DNA from: Ophelia neglecta
Taxonomy: Eukaryota
Assembly (NCBI GenBank): GCA_965285935.1
Contig: OZ260666.1
Coordinates: 19,530,001 to 19,594,000 of the forward strand
DNA length: 64,000 nucleotides
Direction of reading: 5' to 3'
The number at the start of each line of letters is the position of its first letter. The stretch's first letter is position 1. Position numbers and translations under genes: made by a program. The notes under the pieces were generated by a model, which was given only the letters and a program-made list of their open reading frames with translations, searched no databases and was not told where the DNA came from. Below are positions 15,204 to 27,900 of this stretch, in pieces.

Positions 15204-15441
15204 AATTATGGCTATTGATTAAACGCGGAGGTGCGGAGGCTATGCGGAGGCGGAGGTCATGAGTATTTCTGAGTGGCATGGAGCAAATAATCGTCAGCAA
15301 GGAAAGGGTTACGACGGAGGGTTAATTTTAGGGTTAGGGGAAGGGTTAGGGACAGGTTTGATAGGTCTAGTGCTCTGTTCTAATTTCTGGATTCACCTCC
15401 GCAAGGCTCCGCGCAACCGCTTTTAATCAAAAGCCACAATT
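15204..15441. mobile_element. MITE-like element with ~40-bp imperfect terminal inverted repeats and internal TTAGGG-like repeats
   Basis: Left aattatggctattgattaaacgcggaggtgcggag versus reverse complement of right end aattgtggcttttgattaaaagcggttgcgcggag; centre ttagggttaggggaagggttaggg. Confidence 0.7.
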
Positions 15442-18400
15442 ATATACATAAAATACCGTCAGAAGTGGTACAAATGATTACACAAGGGAGGAAACCGAAG
15501 TTCGTTTTATCTGCGGATTTTATATGAGATCTTAATGGTTTAACACAGCGGTGAAAATGCCGATCCGAACCACCATCTCAAACTTGTTATGTAGGTAATC
15601 CGTGTTGTAAACAAATGACACTCAAACTTTGGACATTTTATGAAAGTGGATTTGGCTTGGAGCTAGGAAACTCGACAGTCAAAGTTGTTGACACTCTAAG
15701 TGGGGCTCGTTATCCTTTTTAGCGCCATGTGACGTCGGGATGTCTACATGATGGTTTACAATTAACTGGCGGTAGTATTAGGGGGGGGGGGGGGCGACAT
15801 TGGAAACAAGCAGACGAACCCATTGCGATACACCAACATTTTGATGACACCATGATTTTGCAGTGCCTTGCGCTATTTTAGTGGCCAGACATAAATCAAT
15901 AGAAGCCTTCAATAGTCATAAGATCCCGAGGTTCCCTTGATGGTGCTAATGACTGTGATAATAATGGGGCTCTAAAAGCCGTTATGCTTATCAAAATCAT
16001 GTTATTTACTATTATTCTCAATAATACTAAAGCCATACGACTTTCAGCTGCCAAAATGTCGTTAAGATGATGATGTAAAAGAAATCAAGGCTCCTACGAT
16101 TTAAGCCTCACAATGTAGTATGTGTAGTTTATTGCCGGGTGGTACTACTTACCACCATATGGCGGTTCCGATGATAATTTGATATGCTACACAATATTTT
16201 AGCCTATTTTTATTCCACAAGCAATATCATCCAAATGCACAGGGCTAAAAGACGGCAGGCGCAAATGGACATCTCTGACGTCACAAGCCAGTAGCTACGT
16301 TACTTTAGCGTCCATGTTTACATTGGGAACAAGCAGCCACAGGCCAACACAGCAATACATCAATACCCTGCTCCCAAGCACTAAACTAAACTGTAATGCA
16401 AATAATATTACCAAAAAAAACATAGAATTGATACCGCTTACTATAAGAAATTGATCACAGCGTTTCATAGTGCAAGTCAGAACAAAAATAAAGAGTCAGC
16501 GGTCAAAGGAGAACAGAGGTAAAATATGCCCTTGGAGAATATATGATGGTCCAAAGACTTAAAATGTACAGACAAGTGATGATATTGTTTCAATTAACGG
16601 GTCCCAGCATCCGGCATTGCGTGCGCTGTAAATCTGGCCCTGCGATGCGCCGGGAGACAAAAGATGAAATTATCCCAATAAATACCAGACAAGATAAAGT
16701 ACAATAAGCACGGCGCATGACAAAGAATAATGCCTCACATCCAATTTATTTCGCAGATGAGTAGCGAGGATATACTGTCCCGTCATCTTTTTTCAGTAAT
16801 ATTTAACACATGGATAAGTAATTTGCATGATTATGGCTTTACAAAACACCCCATTCAAAGAACATATATTCGCTTTAACATTCTCGTAGTAATGCCGCCG
16901 TAACTTTGACCGGATGGACAGTTCTAACTGGTCTGTAGTGTGTTGCCTGATCACAGTCTTGTACCTGGGTCACTCAGTATGCGATGAAGACTTTAAACCT
17001 AAAGTATCGAATGGTAATAATATTTCATCGAACAGCGGTAATAGCGGGAAAGCATAATTAGCTGCCAAAGTAAAATGAGTCTCCACGAAAATAGACAAGT
17101 ATTTTCCACATTGATCAGGACTCTTTAACTCCGGACCCACGAAACATCGATCCTCAGTTAGAAGGGTTATTTTCAATTAGGTTGGACTATCTTTTCAAGT
17201 AAAGAGAACGTAAAATGACCGATTTGATGGTTTGACCTATTTATATAACTTATTACTTAGCAGATAATCAATACCCAGGGTTGGGTTCTGGAAGTTAGGG
17301 GACTTGCATTTTTTACTTAAGTCAGTATATAAAAATATAAAGGATTTGGCACATATTCTTGTCTCAGATTCACCTATAGGACAGAGAAAAATGGCCAACC
17401 TTCCAGAACTCCATTGCAGGTCCTTAGTTTAAAAGTATTTGAATCGAATAAAAGGAACACAAATTTTCATTCCTTTGAATTATTCATAATCACGATTAAT
17501 ACTACTTTTCAACCTGGAGGGCATCGTTACAAAAGCCAGCAATGGGAAGATTTCCCTAGTATAGAATACCGTTGAAGGCATGTAACGATCGACGATGAAG
17601 CGACACTAGTGGTTCCACGGGAACCAATTAAATGGTAAACAAAAACATAAAATCAATGCATGCATTTTTCATATGTCAAAAGCAATAACAAGTTGTAGTG
17701 AAGAACACATTATCCTTATGTAATGAGCACTTGAATGTTACCTTGAGGGTCTGGCCCTATATAGATGAATTATATAGTGCTTTCGGTGTCCTTTGTCTTG
17801 TGTCAGGACATGGAATCAGGCTTCCTCTATAGACAGTCGGAATCGTCTAAATAATTAAGGGTGGCAGTTTCACTGATAGCACTTTGTCACGTTATTGCAA
17901 GGGGAACCAAGACTAAGTGTGGCCAAAGAGTAATCAATAACAAAATTAAAAAATGAAAAATGGTGTGCACTGTTTCATGCAAAAGAAAATTGAAGATTAT
18001 CTGCAAATAATATGATTTGTGTCAATTCAAGCAGTCAATACAATCAATCTAGTTGTCAATAGTGAGTGTCATAATCAGTCAGTCAGCAACATAGTCAACA
18101 GTCAGTCACATAGTCAAAGAACAGGCAACAGTTAATCAATCATGAATATTGATATTGTTCTGAATTTTTCTACTTAGCTCAGGTAAAATATGGTTATTGG
18201 CGATGGTTGACCTCCCACGAATCCAGCTGACCTCCTGACAGTTCCTGGAATGGCTGATTTCTAACATTGGTCACAACCAGCTCCTAATGAACACAAGATA
18301 GGCACTAGACAGAACTCCCTATCTGTCCTATGAATATACACAGCACAGGTGGGGATGCAGTGTCCTATACTGTATGTGGATCCACCCCACCAAGCAATGC

Positions 18401-19049
18401 AATCTAGTTTAAACACCTAGAGTATTGCACCAGTTTCTATAATCTGTTCCTCTAGTGATATGCTAAAGTCTACTGAATATATCCTGTACATTTTCAGCAT
18501 GACTTGTAGCTTTCAACCTTCCTATATGCCTGTCCTACCTGTCCTGTATGTCCCTAGTCGATAGAGTCACACCCTGGTCTGTCAAGCCTCTGGTCATTCA
18601 GTCCATTGATACCACAGTGTACAACATTCAAGCACCTAACAGCCTAAAGATACAAGGATAGGCCCCGTCTGGTTGACTATTAGTATTGGTTAAAATTATT
18701 ATTCTATGCCTTTGGGATAGGCTACGCCTAATTAGTACATAAAAAATCAGTATCGCTACACACTTCACTCATTCAAAAATACATTGTTTTTTTTGTCGAG
18801 ACGTATTTTTGCTTATCATAAGACATGAAGTAATTAAGGATTAATATTATTATATATTAATGTCTTTCCTTGTGGGTAAATCATCTGCGAATTCATGTGT
18901 TACTTTTCATAATCTTACTTTCTGCCACACCATAAAAAAGTCACATATAACGATCATTTTAGAACTCAAGTACGCAACTTTGAACCAATATCATATCATA
19001 CTCAGTTTTTTTCCTAATTAACCCAAACGTCACGTGTGCACGATTTGTC

Positions 19050-20214
19050 AGTTTGGTTGCTTTGGTCTGGATGTCAATATTGTCTAGAAGTCTGGAAATT
19101 TGCATGGGTGGTGTGTTCAAAGTATAAGGGATATCAGATTTGTGGTGACGTTGGTCTGGTTGGACAGTAAATTTAATTATCTGGGAGTTAACATAGGGGT
19201 GGTGCCACTGTTTTGTATATTTATTCAGTTAACTCATTTCAGAATTTACGGCTGTGATGTGGTGGTGGTCTGGATGTCAATTATGTGAAGACGACTGGGA
19301 GTTAGCATGGGTGGTGGGTTGTAGGGATGAGAGTAATCACATTTGGGTTGAAGGTGGCCTGGTTGTCAATATAAAAAACATCTGGGAGATAACATATAAG
19401 AGGTGCCACAGTTTTAAATATTTATAAAAGTTACTTTTTTTTTAGAAATATCAGAAGCGGGTTGGCGGTGGTCTGGATGTCAATTTTGTTTAGTTTGATT
19501 TAAAAGTATGAGAGTAACCATATTTGGGGTCATCCTGGCCTGGTTGTCAATATAAATACATTGTCTGGGAGATATCAAAGGAGAGCGGACACTGCTTTAC
19601 CTATTTATGAGGGTAACTGTTTATAGAATTTCAAGATGTGTGTTGGTGGTGATCTGGATGTCCCATATTATTTCTTCTGGTCTGGGACTTAACATGGGTG
19701 GGTGTTATAAGTATGACAGTAGCCGCAATTGCAAAGTATACAAGTAAATTGTGTGGGAATTAACATTGAATACGTGCCACTGTTTTACTTATTTATTTAG
19801 GTAAATTTCTATATATTTAACAAATGTGGTATATTGGTGGTCTGGATGTCAATATTTTTAGTAGTTTTCCATTTAGCATGGGTGGTGGGTTATGAGTATG
19901 AGAGTAACCACATATTGGGTGACGGTGGTCTGACTGTCAACATAAGTAAATTGTCTGGGAGTTAACATAGGAAAGGTGCCATATTTTTGCATATTCATAT
20001 TGGTCACCCTTTTCAATAATAAAAGCTCTTTTGCGGCGGTGGTCAGGATGTCAATTTAATTAAGTACTCCGGGAGTTAACATGGTGGGAGAGTTAGTAGT
20101 ATGAGAGGAAAGACAGCAGGGTTAAGGTGGTCTGAATGTTAATATAGAATATAGGTTGACTTGGCATTAACATACGAGAGGTGCTACTGCGTTTGTTATT
20201 CATTTATGTTAGTC
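19050..20214 (+). repeat. Satellite-like array: ~6 diverged ~200-bp monomers (one higher-order unit)
   Basis: ggtctggatgtcaat-like motif recurs at ~19064, 19267, 19470, 19652, 19840, 20041; each monomer contains two ggtggtctg...ctgggagttaacat subrepeats. Confidence 0.88.
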
Positions 20215-21889
20215 TGGTTCCCTGCCAGTAACCGTTCATACTGTCATGAGCAGAATAATGGTTGGTAATTGCCAGTGCCTCATCTGGCTTTTTCTAATCG
20301 GTGGTCGCACGGAAGCGAAGGCGGACATGCACAGTTCTCATAGAGCGATACTTGAACGTGGTTAATACTGTGCTATTAAAGGCAAAGAAGTGTTATGATG
20401 CATATTAATGAGCGTCAACCGAAGATAATATGCTTCAAATGAAACATTGGTTGGGAAGTAGAGTGTTTTTAAAGAAAATTGTACATTTATGAGAAGTAGA
20501 GCCACTGAGCTTCACTATGATCCAGAACTGTTTTATCAGTAACAACAAAGGAAGAGACCTTGGGCATATGACAATTAGCAGAGTGATTAGCGCACTCGGC
20601 TGTATAGGTTCACGGATAGTCTAATTTCATACATTTTTCAATATATATATATAAATATATATGTATATTCGCCTTTCTATTTAATATCCGTGAGTGCACG
20701 CAGCCCATACCGGAACGCTTCATGATACAGTTGAAATATTTAATTTCTTGAATATACGAAATGGGACCGCAGTGCTACACAATGGCTATATAAATATCAA
20801 AAGAACGGTAGGTATGAAAAAGGCGTATTTGCTTTTCTTAAACTTGTATGAAACATTATTCAAAGCTGGCGGCTTTTTTTGAGAATCCATTTAGAGGTAA
20901 TATCCTTCTTCTCGGTACAATCATTGCTGATCTGCCATGAAAATACAGCAGAACATATTCCTGTATTAATGAGGAGGGATTCTTGAAAATGCAAACTTTT
21001 CTTTCTAACACAGTAGTGCATACCTAAACTAGTTTCGATTTTGCCCGTGAATGATTGCATTTTTTGCCGTCTCTTGCAAACATTATGCCAAATATATGAT
21101 GCTTAAGGGCTTACCATCAAAGTGGCTAACGGAACTCCGAAATAAATTTGTATTTACCTTTTACCTATAAATTCTGTCAGTAGGTCTTTCAATTCTGGCG
21201 CTTAATTTCCAAGACACCGAGGGACAAGCGTTTCCGTCATTCAGGCGAACTTGCCCTTGGGTATTTCATTGGGTAGGTCGAGCTAGTTTTTTCGCACAGT
21301 GCCTTTGGAATGAGTCTGCTGTTTGAAGCTACATACGTTTGAATGTTCATTTTAAAGTAATTACTTCGAATTCTAATTGTTTATCCACGGTACATTTGGC
21401 GTGAGGTGGTGAAGGGATACACTAATGCATTAGTGCACGCCTGAGGCAGGAAGTTGGAAACTACCTTCTTTCGGCATTGGAAAATGATTACATTAATAAT
21501 ATGATATCATTTCTCAGAATATAACAATCAATGTGTTAATGTTGCCCAGAGGACGGAGTTGGTCACGTGAATAATGAACACCGTTTATACTAGCCCAGGT
21601 AGAAAAGGATATCTCCTTTGAGGCTCTACAAAAGGGACGATTCATTTCCTTGATCTATTCGTCATTATGCTACCATGAACTCATACATGAGTTCCGACCC
21701 ATGGAACTATTGCAAACAATTATATGATTTATGCATGTAGGGAAACGGGGAGCTAGGGCCATAGGCACGTGACCATATCTATGTCATTTAATTATTACCT
21801 ATAATTATTATATAGTAGTATTTATTCAACTTATGCTTAACAACTTTGTAGTTGTACAGTAATAATAGCAGGACAGTATACAATAGATA

Positions 21890-22190
21890 GTATAATATAT
21901 AATTCTCTGTAAAGAAGAATCGCCGAATTATGTTATGTTATGTTCGGGATAAGCATGCACCTTAAAAGTCAACATAACAGAAAAAACACATGCACAATGA
22001 TTATAATATTGGATATCAAAGGAAAGGCAGTCAATTTCAGTAGTACAATAAATAGATTCTCTGTTAAAGAATCACCGGGTTATGTTATGCTCCGAAGTAT
22101 AGAAAAACTTATAAATCAACATCACGGAAGGAATCACATGCACAATACGTATAGTATAAAATATCAAAGGAAAGACAATACATTTCAAAC
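21890..22190. repeat. Diverged tandem duplication, ~150 bp x 2
   Basis: attctctgt..aagaatc..ttatgttatg..tcaacat..cacatgcacaat..atatcaaaggaaag occurs twice in succession. Confidence 0.7.
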
Positions 22191-22619
22191 ATTTATAAGT
22201 TCATTATGTCTTAGAAACCTTTTCGGGTGTACAGGGCCAAATTATAAACAACTTGTGGACTATTACTGTTTAAGAGTATATATTTTACCAATCTATAGAA
22301 GAAAGGGAACTCGTTTTCAGCTAATCTCCAAAGATAAAAGTTATTAATAAAAGTGAGTTGATCGTGTAACTGTTCCTTTCCTTTACGAATTGTTCAAAAG
22401 TGACGAAAAAAGAGAAGTGTAATAGGTCCAAATAGGTCCTAAATTGGCCTCATAATCTGTTAATGATCTTGTTACTCGTTGAGGGTCCATAATGCAAGTG
22501 TAGGGGGTTTATACAATTTGGCATGCAACGGTATCGCAAAACTAGAAAAAAACATTGGTAGTGCCTACAAAATAACCCATCAAAAACACATCAAAAGTCA
22601 GAACGCAGATGGCAGGACT

Positions 22620-22625
22620 TTTATT
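22620..22625 (-). promoter_or_regulatory. Candidate polyadenylation signal of gene A
   Basis: First AATAAA on the minus strand downstream of the stop at 23311 (~690 nt). Confidence 0.3.
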
Positions 22626-23310
22626 CCGTCATTTCAAAATGCACACGCTGCAAAAGGCCACTATTACTCAAACGTTAATGTAAAATATATAATGACATTA
22701 TAACCTATTAACATAACTTAATATATTAACATAATATGCCTGTAACTTCAATAAGTAAATGTAGATTTTCTTCTTTTTAACTATATGATAAAGCGTTTAA
22801 TACCTTATGGGCTTTGAGGGATACTTTCAAACAATATGATCATTAAAATGTCTACATTTATAACTGATCATACGATATCATATGATAATTCAACTGCCCA
22901 TAGGTAACTACTGATGATATTGTTATATAATATGTGTTTCAGTAAAAATCACATACGTTTTGCTATTTCCAGGTGCCACATACTTGGATACATGAACATT
23001 TAAGCAAGCTTAAATCAGCTTAAAAACATAAATATGGTTTTCTCTTAAAACCAAACCAAGCATATTGTCATTCAGAACAACTAAACTAATACTTGTGTAC
23101 AATATATATACATTATAACCAGTCTATTTTTAGTGTTCTATTCTTTTGATATTGGCTTAAATATAAATTTGTTGCATGCTAATATTTTTAATCCTAAATA
23201 AGTGTCCGTATATTATCAGTCATGTGTTGATACAAATAAATCCATTGATCTAGAACGTTTGATATTTGGTGGACCATTGGAGATCAAAGATAAACAGCCA
23301 ATGTTATAGG

Positions 23311-24900
23311 TTATACATATCGTTTTATCCAGTCAAGGTACCGAGACACTCGGGTAAAGATCCCGGGTAAATCACACGTCTCCGGCCCACGGCTTGTGAT
23401 CCCGTATACTGTGTACCTGCCATCGCTATCTTCACACTGCAGAGGGCTCCCGGAGTCACCCTGTTAAAATAAAAATAAAATAGGAAAAGTCCAACATTAG
23501 GATATTTCGATGAAAAGCCGTTCGAAGCATATCAATAAGCGAAATGTCGTTCTATCCCGACCAAATAACACCTTCTCTTGACTCCACAATTGAAAATCAG
23601 ATGAAGAATAGCAGAAAATTCAAGTCACTCATATACACATGACTAGATAAAAATATGACATTTGGTCAAGTATATCTAACTTGCCCGTGAGCAATGACTG
23701 AACGCCAGTTCTATAACAGGACCTTGATTTTGCAGTTTATTCTCTTATTGATGTTAAGTATTAGAAAATAAACAATATGAATTATATAAATTTGATCAGA
23801 AACTGAGGACTTACGAGGCAAACAGTTCTGTAGTTTGTACCAGCACACATAGTGTTTTCAGTTAACTGAGATACATACAGTCTGTTGCATGATTGACGCT
23901 CCAACAATGGTACACGTGCAGCTTGCAGTATATTCCTGTTACCAGTTCCTGAAAAAATAATTTAAACAAAATGGTTGATTTTGTTTCTTTTACAAAATGC
24001 ACTGCCTTAGTGATAGCCCTCAAAACTGAGAAAGATAATGGCATTTGGTTATATGTTACCTAAAGGAGCTAGTCATCTTACTATCGTAGGTTTATTTCAG
24101 AATGAAATCCAACATAATTGCAATTTGTACTAATCGGAAAACGACAACATTGATACATGAACAAGCGGCCCACCGTAAGTTAGACCCCATCCTGTGGCCA
24201 CGCAACTAGTCCCTGGTGGGGGTTCTTTCCCAGGGGAAGGAGGCAGACAGATAGGTTGTATGTAATCATTCCAAGTGACAGGAGAAGCAAGGCGAAACAG
24301 CGCCAAATCATTGTCGAACCCGGGAATGTAGTTTGGGTGCTGTATGGCACGGTCAACAGGTATAATACGTTCATGGGAGTCAGGCGTGCTTTGCCTGTGC
24401 TGACCAACTGTCACCGAGTATTGGGAAGTGGATGTACATCGCCTAAAGATAAACCTCCTAGTTATAAAACACAGTAAAACAGGTAATCCAGAGTCATACC
24501 GACCAACATTATCATGGCCATGAACATGTGATAAAAAGGCACCCTTTATCGATTGTCATTACACAAATGGTTATGGTTTTTAAAGTATAGTACATTTATT
24601 TAGTAAATATAAAGTATGTCAATGCACTAATTAGCTTATATATAATAATAAAGGGTGTTACGTACACACAGTGCCCGGCTGAGAGGAGCCACCTGTCTGA
24701 TATCAGCGCTCCTCCACACTGGGACTTGTGTGTGCGATTTACCTGGCACTCTACCATAACCTGCCATGGCCAGTCCCCGTACTCTGCGTCATAACCATTA
24801 ATAATCTCAGCTGGTGCAGTCCCATTCCGATCAGACTTGCGTCTATCAGTCAGGGAGGCCCCCGACGGCCGGTTTTTCACAGGCAAGCCACACTGTCTTC
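23311..24900 (-). CDS. Gene A C-terminal active S1 serine protease domain (4 exons)
   Basis: CGL..PAE|[16 protein letters not shown]; LSAGHC (His57); DNDLALF (Asp102); GDSGSPL (Ser195); [14 protein letters not shown] stop. Confidence 0.94.
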
Positions 24901-27900
24901 CTATTTATCAGGAGACAATTATCACATTGACTAAGAGCAGTAAATATGTCATTCATGCAGATTTAAGTGAACTATACAGTTCTCTTTCATACACAAGCGC
25001 ATTATTTCTCACATCACACCGCGTGCTGTAGATGTCGTGTGCTTTTTGGTTCTGCTACAATTACGTTGCTGACAACTGAATATGATGTCGGCCATTACAG
25101 TATAGCGAAAGAATGACACACATTAACAACATGCTTGAGTGTATAAACATTATTCATTCAAGGTATTTATTGTTTATCAACCAATTTTGTAAAGTTCCTT
25201 AAACTGGGGCTATAATGAATAAGCAAAAATAGTGGACACAAGGGAGACCATTGCTCGAAAATTATCTATTCATCAGGCGAACTGATTAGGTACCGCCAAC
25301 CACATGAACCCTAGTTCCCTAACTGTTAATATTGAAATTGCAATGAAATTAATTATTAGAATCTTTATCGATATCACATGAAATGAGAATTAATCCACAG
25401 TTTTCTATGATGCCAGTCAGGGCACAAAACAAAAGAACTGCCGGTCCACATAGGACATGTAATTATTTAACACAACATATGGCTAGAAAAGAAAAGAGAG
25501 TAAGATATTTATAATATACTAAGAAGTTACTTACCACTATTACAGATGTCTCCGGAGAATCCAGTACCTGAACAATCACAAGAGTACGTCCCTAGTCTCA
25601 CTATACATCTTCCTCCGTTTAGACATGGTCCCGAAGAGCACACATCTTTTGCTGCGATATAAGTACATAGGGCATGTAAGCGGTTTTTGCTATACAACAC
25701 ATGCGAAACATAGTTTTGGATTTTATGGTTTGCAACAAGGGTCTACATGAACATCTTTAGATGGATGAAAGTCAATTGGCATGTAAGTTATTCATTTGAT
25801 TTTACAAAACAGTAAAATAAGTTCATTGAGTATTAAATGTTTGAACGGCGTCTCTGAATACGACTTAGAGCAACTAGAAGGTCAATGAAATAGGTGCTTG
25901 GAAAAGAGCTCCGCCACTTGCTTATTAGCAGAATATGCTGCTTCGTTTATCTATATTGGCGCTTGTGCCCTCATTAACATTATTAGAACATTATTAGAAC
26001 ATTATTTTATGGTGATAGACATACAAGCTGCACTGAATGTTACATACTACTATAAGTATACGAAACCTGTTTGACAGCGATCCCCAGTGTAACGAGTGTT
26101 AGAACAATCACAAGAAGCAGCTCCTGCCCTCACTGTACAAACACCTCCATTTTCACACAAGGCGGAGGTACATTGTTTGACCTCTAAAACAAAATAACAT
26201 ATGGAATAAGAAACAAAATGTCGTTGTGCCAGTGCACCTATCGAAATAGTACATATATTAACTACTCAGCTTTAAACTCAGATATTGGAGACACTGATTA
26301 ACCTGATAAAAGTTATTAACGCTGTGTGATGACACGCGTCTTTATTTTGGTTTAAGGAGTTGTCAAATCAATATATAGAACGTCTCAAACATATTGATAA
26401 CCATTTGTTCGCTCTGCCGGACACCCGTTTGCGGTTAACAGACTATCCCAAAGATTTGCTCCAATAATCAAAAGTCAAATGAAAGTTTTGAAAGGCGTTA
26501 AACTGGTTACCTTCAATCCAATTTACAAATCGAGAGACCTTTGTAAAAAGACCAGGTGCGTATAGACATGTGCCAAATAAAGATCCTGGAATGCTGGCAA
26601 TTCCATACGCCACATAACTACCATCGGCCCGGGAACAATAAAGTCCTCCTCCATAGTCTCCCTTATAGTCAATACAAAATAAGTGTCCAAATAAATTGCA
26701 TACACACTAGTTTGAATTTTAGTTAGGCACTGGTTGGGTTATAATATGGCTCTAGAACGAACTCGTGACAACGCTTTATTATATAATATATTCAAAATGA
26801 ACAGTGCACATTGTGTCTATTTCCTCTGAATATTGTTGTGAACATACCAGGTGGCTTCTCAATATCTTAAACAGTTGTCCTATTCGTTGCGTGCTCATAA
26901 CCTTATTCATTAAACGGTGTGATATGTTATTGTTAAAATCATTAAAGTAAACAACAATAAAGACATGTAATTACGTCACAGACTGAACGCGTGTCATCGC
27001 CCGCACACATCATGTTGTCGTTGACATTGCCTTTATAATACCTGGGCTGATTACACACAGAGCGAGGGACCAGGGGAAGGACGACTTCTTGAAGGAATCT
27101 ATCACTTCCCGTTCCTACAATTCCAGATAAAGCTCATTGTGGCCTTAATTCATATTATATGATTACACATAGTATGCAAACAATGTGACGCTATATTGAG
27201 TAAGACATATCAAGGTAGCCGGATTTATTCTTTCCCTTGTTAGTTCTTGCTCTCTCTAAAACAAGTATGAGGATGGATTAATGTGCGTGGTATAAGGTGA
27301 TTTACTTAAGCTCTTCGCCTTTTTAGTTCTTGCTCTTTCTAAAACAATTATGAGGCTGTTTTAGGTGATTTACTTTAGCCTATAAGTGTGACTCACCTTC
27401 TGTGTCTCCCCAGCCTATTGAATAACAAGTAGAACCAGCTGGCGGTTCTTCGCCCGCTGCCGGGAGGCATATGGGCCTGACGTAGTTGTTCCAAATCATG
27501 GGAGTGGTCAGTCGAATCACCGCTATATTACTGTCCAGGTAATTCTCAAGCCCTTTATAATCTGGGTGAATGAAATACCGCGACACTACAAAGGTTTGCT
27601 GGTGGGAATCAAGCGTATCCAAGTCGTGAAATCCTATTCCAATTTGAATTTTGGATGGCGTCAGATCGTTCCCGGCATTGTCTTTCCTAACAATATAAAT
27701 ATTATGTTAGTTACAGAATTCGTTGTTTTAGTGGGTGAAGGGCACGTCCGGAAGTGACTCTCTGAGAACCGCGGATATTTATAGCACGCATGACGAGAAA
27801 CCAGAAAAAAAGCTAGACTCATTTAATATGACATGTCGTTTAAATATCACAATTCGTTTAATGATGTTTCGATGGCGAAAGAACTATAAGTTGATAAAAT

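Noticed and set aside
21940-22347. 135-aa ORF, the longest in the track
   Set aside because: It overlies an AT-rich 150-bp tandem duplication and has no recognisable domain or splice structure.
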